A stretch of DNA of 64,000 nucleotides from Promethearchaeia archaeon (GTDB taxonomy: Archaea; Asgardarchaeota; Lokiarchaeia; Sigyniarchaeales; SOKP01), in contig JAHQWL010000088.1 in NCBI GenBank assembly GCA_029856155.1, forward strand, positions 25,459 to 89,458, written 5' to 3'. Of the stretch, positions 57,622 to 64,000 are shown in pieces; the first letter of the stretch is position 1; each line of letters starts with the position of its first letter. The notes beneath the pieces were generated by a model. The model was not told the origin of the DNA, did not search any database, and saw only the letters and a program-made list of their open reading frames with translations. The position numbers and the translations under genes were made by a program.

Positions 57622-58908
57622 TTAATATTGAGAGTATTGTTCAAGTTGTTTCTTATGTCTCTTATTTCGCAAAAGGAACATCAATGAAATTACAGCAAAA
57701 AAACCTAAAATTATAAACGTAGTAGTAATGATTGGAAAATCAGATAGTGGATTAAGATTTGTCTCCAAAACAGTTATTTCAATTGAATACGTCCAGTCAT
57801 ATGCTGAATGGTCAATACACACAGGAGATGGATTAATAGGAAATTCAGAAGTATACTCGTATCCTGGTGATGCACCCGGTAAGAAAAACCATGCACCCAC
57901 ATTGAAATTAAATCTGAGAAAATCTATCCGATTAAAATATCCTCGTCCCCACGTAGGATCACATGCGATCCAGCCAATCTGAGGAATAAAATACTCGAGC
58001 CATGCATGAGCTAAAATCTCATTTGTGAAAGATGCTGTTTGAGTTGGTCCATTATAATTTAGATCAAAAAAATATTTATCACCAACAGTAGGACGATATG
58101 CAGGATTATTAGAAATAACAAATCCAGTTATCTTTCTTGCGGGAATGCTTTGAATTCGTAAAAGAGTAATCATCAAATCCGAAATATCTGAACAATCTCC
58201 TCTTCTCTGGTTATATGCTTCAAGAGCGCCAATTTCATCATCCTGCACTTGATAATCAATATTAGATACGATCCAATTGAAAATTTTCCTTGCTTTCTCA
58301 ACAGTGTTATTTTCAATACCTACAATATTATTAGATAGGGCTCTTAACGTTGGATTATTGCATTCATAAAATAATTCAGTCACATTATATAATGCGTGTA
58401 TTTCATCACCTGGAGTATAAATTCCAATATCTTCATCATTAATTTCATTAAAATAAATCTCATTGAGAGTAATATTATATTTTTGATGAAGAGTTATCTT
58501 ATCAGATATATTTATCGTAGGGTTAAATAAATCGTAAGTGTTGTTGAATTTATCCGCATGACCTTCTTCAATAAAATCCCAACCAGTGATTTCATTATCA
58601 AATCCCGTAACTTCTTGATAAGGGGGACAATATGGTGTTAGTGTTGAATTAGGTTGACGATTATCTAGTCTAGCTACTTTGAAATAGTAAGTTTGAGAAC
58701 CAGGTCTAGTGTGAGTAAGTATATAATTAATTTCTATTTCATATTGTACACTTTGCGAAATATTAAAATTGGAAACACCATAATCAGGAGTTGATAGTTG
58801 AGGATATTCCAATGCTGTGTTAAAAGGTGTTATAAAGGATATTCCTATGGAATTACTCAAAGGAAAAATAAGTAGGTAAAAAAACACGACGGTAAATTTA
58901 GTTTTCAT
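57622..58908 (-). CDS. Secreted, C-terminally anchored transglutaminase-like protein
   Basis: Signal peptide; triad GDCSD, HAWLE, CDPT; C-terminal TM followed by RNKRHKK. Confidence 0.85.
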   Translation of the reverse strand: MKTKFTVVFFYLLIFPLSNSIGISFITPFNTALEYPQLSTPDYGVSNFNISQSVQYEIEINYILTHTRPGSQTYYFKVARLDNRQPNSTLTPYCPPYQEVTGFDNEITGWDFIEEGHADKFNNTYDLFNPTINISDKITLHQKYNITLNEIYFNEINDEDIGIYTPGDEIHALYNVTELFYECNNPTLRALSNNIVGIENNTVEKARKIFNWIVSNIDYQVQDDEIGALEAYNQRRGDCSDISDLMITLLRIQSIPARKITGFVISNNPAYRPTVGDKYFFDLNYNGPTQTASFTNEILAHAWLEYFIPQIGWIACDPTWGRGYFNRIDFLRFNFNVGAWFFLPGASPGYEYTSEFPINPSPVCIDHSAYDWTYSIEITVLETNLNPLSDFPIITTTFIILGFFAVISLMFLLRNKRHKKQLEQYSQY

Positions 58909-59150
58909 ATTAAAATCATAGCATAAATATATATGTATTAGAAATGAAAACCTCTATTTTTAATTTTAACCATTAAGAAAATGTAATGTAATGATTCATA
59001 AGCATGAATTTTTTTATTTTTAATATAACAAAAAAAGCTATTCAATATTATTAAAGTGTGATTATTTTTTCAAATGATTTATTTTGGTACATTTTTATTT
59101 TTATATTATAGATTTATTTTTTCTCTAATGATATGAGTTGAGGTTTCTTA

Positions 59151-59783
59151 ATATACAAGATTTTTCTTATCGATGCTGATAATGGGATATCACTTTTAGA
59201 ATCCACATTTAAAGAATTAAAAAAGATTCAAGATGAAGTTATAGCTGGTTTTTTTAATGCAATTAATATAACCATTGATATAATTCAAAAAGCCATGGTA
59301 AAGGGGAGAAGAGTAAATGAAATGGATAGAGTATTACAATCGGAAGATTCAACTATTTTTATTCACTATCACCCATTATCAAGAATTTTATTCTGTTCAA
59401 TTTCAGATGCTGATGATAATACTGACAAAATTGAAGAAATAATGCATAAAATTGCCAATCGCTTTTGGAAAAAGCACCAATCTGATCTTAAAAACTTTAG
59501 AGCAACAACAGATAAAAGTAGATTTCAAACATTAAATGCAGATATAGAAAATCTTACAATTGGCGGAAAAATAGCTGAAGTTTTTCCAAATGTAATGATT
59601 GCTAAGAGTGTGTTAGAAAAGGTTCTATCCATGGGAATGATTGCTGATTTTGACTTTCAAGTCGCATTACAATGCACTGGAAAGAATTCTCCATTGAAAA
59701 TTTCAAGAAATTTGAATACAAAACGTACAACAATAGAAGAAATTCTAAAGAAGTTAGAAGAGTTAGATATTATCAAAATCTGA
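59151..59783 (+). CDS. Soluble longin-like domain + C-terminal winged helix; apparent non-AUG (ATA) start
   Basis: Frame is open 48 codons upstream of ATG 59295: IYKIFLIDADNGISLLESTF..VIAGFFNAI; tail SPLKISRNL..IEEILKKLEELDII. Confidence 0.7.
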   Translation: MYKIFLIDADNGISLLESTFKELKKIQDEVIAGFFNAINITIDIIQKAMVKGRRVNEMDRVLQSEDSTIFIHYHPLSRILFCSISDADDNTDKIEEIMHKIANRFWKKHQSDLKNFRATTDKSRFQTLNADIENLTIGGKIAEVFPNVMIAKSVLEKVLSMGMIADFDFQVALQCTGKNSPLKISRNLNTKRTTIEEILKKLEELDIIKI

Positions 59784-59944
59784 ATAAGCTATTTAATCTC
59801 AATTATGATATTTTTAATTAAAAATCTAAAATGCAATAATTAATAATATTATTAATTCAACTTAATGATTTTAAATAGAAAAAAATAAAAATTTTCCTAG
59901 TTTTTCAAATTTAAATAATATCATGTTATAATCGTTGAATAATT

Positions 59945-60550
59945 ATGGAAAGCAAACCAAGCCTAACTGCATTAGTAAAGAGTCCTTCTAAAGATGGTCA
60001 TATAAGAGAAAGCCATGGGTTCTCTTTAAAAGAGATTAAAGAAGCGGGAAAATCTATTGATCTCTTAAAAAACTCTAATATTAAAATTGATTATTTTAGG
60101 AAATCACTTCATACTGAAAACGTCAAGAGGTTAAAATCTTTAGAATTTCCATCTAAGGAAAAAAAGAAAAAAAAACCTTTTATTAAAAAAGAAAAGAAGA
60201 GAGCGCCATTTAAATCCAAAGAAGAAAAAATTAAAAAAAAACCTGATAAAACAATTGCAAAATCGGTACCAAAACTAGAAAAGAAAGTAAAAGTAAAACC
60301 TGCAAAGAAAGAAAAGGTAAAAATCACCAAAGTAGAAAAAGTAGAAAAATTGCCTAGCCCAGCTACAGGTAAACTTTTAACTGAATTATCTGGATTAGGA
60401 GATGCAACCGCGAAAAAATTCATTGAGCTTGGCGTTACCGACATAGAAGCATTATGCAAAGAGCAACCCGAAGAATTAGCGCCATTAATTAAGGGTGTCT
60501 CTGTAGATAGACTTAAAAAGTGGATTGAGGAAGGAAAAGGGCTAATTTAA
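59945..60550 (+). CDS. Ribosomal protein eL13-like domain + Lys-rich linker + helix-hairpin-helix domain
   Basis: R..HGFSLKEIKEAG..IDYFRKSLHTENV (eL13 pattern); LTELSGLGDATAKKFIELGV..IKGVS (HhH). Confidence 0.7.
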   Translation: MESKPSLTALVKSPSKDGHIRESHGFSLKEIKEAGKSIDLLKNSNIKIDYFRKSLHTENVKRLKSLEFPSKEKKKKKPFIKKEKKRAPFKSKEEKIKKKPDKTIAKSVPKLEKKVKVKPAKKEKVKITKVEKVEKLPSPATGKLLTELSGLGDATAKKFIELGVTDIEALCKEQPEELAPLIKGVSVDRLKKWIEEGKGLI

Positions 60551-60699
60551 TTGATTTAAGACTTCTTCAAGTTTATTTTATTAATTTACTGAAAATTAAT
60601 TTAAAGTAAAGTTCCAAATGACAGAAATTTTATAAAGAATAAATTTATTTTAGAAGTAAATCTAATTCTTGAAATATAAATTAGATAACGGGAAAGGAT

Positions 60700-61191
60700 A
60701 TGGAATATAATTATTTTGTTTATACTAAACCAGAATGTGGAGTTAAAATTAATAAAATGCCAAAATGGTATAAAGAAATAGAATACATAGGCGATGAGAA
60801 GCAAGGTTCTATTAATTTCCATACTGAAAATGAATATGATGAAATTTGGGGTCCAGTGTCAAAGATGGAAGTAAGTTGGGAAAAAAAAGAAAGAATGAAT
60901 TTTTTTTACTATAAAGAGGTACAAAATAGTATAGACATTTATAACGCCATTGGTATAGTAGTTACTGAAAAAAAAAGAGATTGGTTGAGGAGTCATGAAA
61001 TCACTTTCTGGTTAGGACATCGGAACAAAATGATGAGAAAAAGATATTATACAGAAAAAGTAATACATTGTATATTTTATTGTGACTTAACGGAAAGACT
61101 CTTTAATATCCATACTTTAGTAATTGGAGAAGCGTTCGAGGATTTTAAACCATATATATTAAATTCATATAATTCTATAGAATGTCATTAA
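60700..61191 (+). CDS. Hypothetical protein
   Basis: 163-codon ORF with plausible composition and AGGA upstream; no motif recognised. Confidence 0.6.
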   Translation: MEYNYFVYTKPECGVKINKMPKWYKEIEYIGDEKQGSINFHTENEYDEIWGPVSKMEVSWEKKERMNFFYYKEVQNSIDIYNAIGIVVTEKKRDWLRSHEITFWLGHRNKMMRKRYYTEKVIHCIFYCDLTERLFNIHTLVIGEAFEDFKPYILNSYNSIECH

Positions 61192-61934
61192 TTTATCGGT
61201 TTTCGGGCAAAAATAAAAAAATTATCTCGATCTGAAGGACCACCAGTTATTTTGAAATCTTTGATAATAAAATCTTTTAATAAATTCTTGAGTTCTCTTT
61301 TAGAGAAAAAGTGATAGAATCGATTATATGTTTTTTGATCCTTGGAAAGAGTCCAAGGGACAAATTTATCTCCAAATTCTTTTAAACCAATTAGTTCTTG
61401 TTGTTTTTTATAATTAACTGTAAATCGTCTTTTATACCATTCAGAAAGAAAATAAAATCTAAACTGCTTTTGCCACTTACGCCATACAGTTAGAATTAAA
61501 TTTCCATTTTTTTTCAATATGTCATATATTCGTATGATTGTATTCTTTCTTTCGGATTTTTTCATTATATGATGAATTGCTGCTATTGAGAAAACGGCAT
61601 TTATTGTATTTTTACGAAATGGAAGTTTAGAAATATCTGCCAATATAAGCTGAATAAAATTCACTTCATTTTGCGGATATTGATGAATATTTTTTAGTTG
61701 TGCTTGAGCTATTTTAATTAATTCGAGAGATAAGTCTAATCCAATCAACTTTTTAGGAGATGTGCCCATTATTTTAAAATTCCTGCCATTTCCACAACCT
61801 AAATCTAAAATTATACCATTGAAGGTATATCTTTTATTTTTTAAATGATTAAGAAAAAATTCTAGTGGACGCCACGGTTTTTTCCGTTTTGAATGATAAT
61901 CTTTTGCAAAATGGTTAAAACAAGAATTCTCCAT
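61188..61934 (-). CDS. Class I SAM methyltransferase, Trm9/ALKBH8-like
   Basis: RKKPW, LDLGCGNGR, IAAIHH, LTVW, VPW, RFYHFF. Confidence 0.75.
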   Translation of the reverse strand: MENSCFNHFAKDYHSKRKKPWRPLEFFLNHLKNKRYTFNGIILDLGCGNGRNFKIMGTSPKKLIGLDLSLELIKIAQAQLKNIHQYPQNEVNFIQLILADISKLPFRKNTINAVFSIAAIHHIMKKSERKNTIIRIYDILKKNGNLILTVWRKWQKQFRFYFLSEWYKRRFTVNYKKQQELIGLKEFGDKFVPWTLSKDQKTYNRFYHFFSKRELKNLLKDFIIKDFKITGGPSDRDNFFIFARKPIN

Positions 61935-61948
61935 AAGTAATCAATTTT

Positions 61949-63223
61949 TTAATTGAAAAATGTAATTTTACCTTTTTTAGCCATAATCTTACCGTCTTTA
62001 ATCACGTAAAGTAGATTTTTGGGATCCTTTAGAATTGATATTTCTTCTATTGGATTTCCATTACAAATTACTAAATCTGCTAGTTTATCTTTTTCTATAG
62101 AACCAATTTGCTTATCCATTTTAATGGCTTTCGCTCCCTGAATCGTTGCTGCTTGGAGTGCTTGAGAACTTGTCATTCCTACGTTTTCTATCATATTAAT
62201 AATTTCATGAGTTGTTGTACCATGGGGGTTCCCAGGAGTACCAGCATCAGTACCAATTGCGAAAAGTACACCTTTTTCAAAAGCTATTTTGTGATTATTA
62301 ATCATTTGTTGTTGAATTTGTTTTATTTTGGTTTTTACTTCGGGGGGTAATTGTTTTAAAATTTCTGGTTTGCTTATTCCAAAACCAGCTGTTTGAGTAG
62401 GTATTAAAAACGTTTGTTTTTTTATCATTAAATCAATAATTTCTTCATCAATAAGAGTCCCATGTTCTATAGTATCCACATTCGCTTGGACAGCTTTATA
62501 GATCCCTTCCCGTCCATGAGCATGACTTGCTACATGCATATCTAGTCTATGGGCTTCCTCTGTCATAGCTAATAATTCATCGTTTAAAAAAAGATTAGTG
62601 TCAACTTTAGAAGTAATTCCATGTAATACCCCCCCTGTAGTAACTGTCTTAATAAAATCAGCCCCAGAACGCTTTCTGTCCCTAACGGCATGCTTTATCC
62701 CATCTACACCTGCTTTAACTTCAGTTAATTTCCCATAATATTCAATTACCTCAATTGGTCCGATCGCTTCTTGATTACCCCATTGAGTGATAGGTAAATT
62801 TGCTATAAGTATTCGAGGCCCAGCGAGAGCACCAATATTAAATATTCTTCGTAAAGAGGGTCCCCATTCGGGAAGGCTTCCACAATCTCGTATGCATGTA
62901 TAACCATTAATCAAATGTTTTTGAGCATTTTGTAGAGCATAATAATGCCACATAGCTTTTGTGGTCCTAAGATATTTTCTCTCATAATCTGGTTCTGCTG
63001 TGTTTTCAAGATGTACATGACAATCAATCATTCCTGGTATAATTGTTTTTCCATTCACATCAATAATTTTATCGTTTAAATCTTTCTCGAAAGCATCATC
63101 TTCACCGCACCAAAGAATTTTCTGTCCTTGAATTATGATTGTTTGATTTTCTTTTAATATCCCATAAATGGAATCAAAAATATTTCCTGATTTAATTACT
63201 AATCTAGTTTTTTCTTGAGACAT
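61949..63223 (-). CDS. Metal-dependent amidohydrolase (prolidase-like, subgroup A)
   Basis: PGMIDCHVH, FIK, ASHAHG, TIEHG, GTDAG, ADLV; ATG 63223 preferred over TTG 63340. Confidence 0.9.
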   Translation of the reverse strand: MSQEKTRLVIKSGNIFDSIYGILKENQTIIIQGQKILWCGEDDAFEKDLNDKIIDVNGKTIIPGMIDCHVHLENTAEPDYERKYLRTTKAMWHYYALQNAQKHLINGYTCIRDCGSLPEWGPSLRRIFNIGALAGPRILIANLPITQWGNQEAIGPIEVIEYYGKLTEVKAGVDGIKHAVRDRKRSGADFIKTVTTGGVLHGITSKVDTNLFLNDELLAMTEEAHRLDMHVASHAHGREGIYKAVQANVDTIEHGTLIDEEIIDLMIKKQTFLIPTQTAGFGISKPEILKQLPPEVKTKIKQIQQQMINNHKIAFEKGVLFAIGTDAGTPGNPHGTTTHEIINMIENVGMTSSQALQAATIQGAKAIKMDKQIGSIEKDKLADLVICNGNPIEEISILKDPKNLLYVIKDGKIMAKKGKITFFN

Positions 63224-63352
63224 ATTAATGAAATTAATACCATTCAGATAATAAAGATTACTTACAAGAAAAAAAATAAATATACAAAAAGATAATAAAT
63301 TTGATAAACAATTTTCATTATATATCACTGAATAGAACAAGATTTTTGAAAC

Positions 63353-64000
63353 ATGAAAAAGATTACTGATATTTTACTTGATTTTTTTTCTATAATGAAA
63401 AGCGAGATATTCGAATACTATCAAAAAAGTTATTCTTATCTAAAAGACCTAATTGCTTACAAAAAAATTGATTTGAAAATAAAAACTGAAACCGAAAGTG
63501 AAAAACAAGTAAAAATTACTCTTGGAAAAATTTTAAAAGCAATCAAAACCGGTTTAAATACACTCGGTGTTTCAATGGATAAGTTAAATGAAAACCAAAA
63601 TAATTTTATGGGCACTCTGAATAGTAAAAGAGTTCTAATACCAGATTATAATTCATATTTTGAGATTTATATGGAAAAATACGTACATGAAGTATTATCC
63701 GTAATCTTACTTGAATATCTTTTTGATATTGATGTTAAAAAACTTGAGAATGTAAATTTATTTGATTTACTACCCGATCATTTCATTACAAAATTAGACG
63801 AATTTAAAAGTACTTATATTAATTCAGAGGATATTAAAAAAGATTTTCAAAAATATGATTACCAAAATTCTATTAATTTTACAGATTTAACTTTTATTGA
63901 ATCTGAGCAAATGGAGGAGCCAGATATTTTAACCCAATTAAGAGAAGCGAGACATGACAACATAGAAACTTTGAAAACTCCTAAGAAAGAACTCCTAGGA
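63353..64000 (+). CDS. Hypothetical protein, 5' part (runs off the window)
   Basis: Open frame from ATG 63353 (MKKITDILLDFFSIMKSEIFEYYQKSY...) to the window end; absent from the ORF track because it has no stop. Confidence 0.7.
   Translation, partial: MKKITDILLDFFSIMKSEIFEYYQKSYSYLKDLIAYKKIDLKIKTETESEKQVKITLGKILKAIKTGLNTLGVSMDKLNENQNNFMGTLNSKRVLIPDYNSYFEIYMEKYVHEVLSVILLEYLFDIDVKKLENVNLFDLLPDHFITKLDEFKSTYINSEDIKKDFQKYDYQNSINFTDLTFIESEQMEEPDILTQLREARHDNIETLKTPKKELLG

Noticed and set aside
59133-59141. ATG-AGT-TGA in frame with the longin gene, suggesting selenocysteine readthrough
   Set aside because: No redox motif and no recognisable SECIS; the TGA overlaps an SD-like GAGGT, so a downstream non-AUG start is simpler.
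187-62350. Short overlapping ORFs in the track (for example 187-555, 586-804, 28802-29122, 40112-40390, 45994-46389, 49339-49545, 49677-49979, 56523-56936, 60109-60459)
   Set aside because: They lie antisense to or out of frame within well-supported genes and carry no motifs; they are shadow ORFs.

Overview
This is an AT-rich (roughly 30% GC by eye), gene-dense archaeal chromosomal segment. The gene set points to an Asgard archaeon, most likely Lokiarchaeia (inference): TBP, eL13-like protein, archaeosortase, MtrH, UPF0147, seven small GTPases, and several longin and roadblock domains. Ordinary metabolic genes include three LLM/F420-type oxidoreductases, tdh/kbl threonine catabolism, a sugar ABC transporter, a FATP-type acyl-CoA ligase, ppsA and one tRNA-Pro(CGG). 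The main signal is a eukaryote-like small-GTPase toolkit at about 32-60 kb. Four GTPases carry an N-terminal folliculin/SMCR8-like (uDENN) longin domain. Three of these keep the D/E-x-x-x-R-G motif that supplies the GAP arginine finger in FLCN/SMCR8, and one has lost it. Three Rag/Arf-like GTPases have C-terminal roadblock domains. Nearby are a zinc-ribbon-roadblock protein, a 7TM protein and an ATP-cone NrdD that lacks its radical machinery. A 7TM-longin protein and a giant single-pass longin protein at 5-17 kb look like membrane inputs. Two genes are truncated in the ORF track because their open frames lack ATG/GTG/TTG starts (38392-39003, 59151-59783). Two clusters of gene fragments flank the sugar ABC locus. 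No CRISPR array, transposase, integrase or rRNA was seen. All domain calls come from motif recognition by eye, not from database searches.
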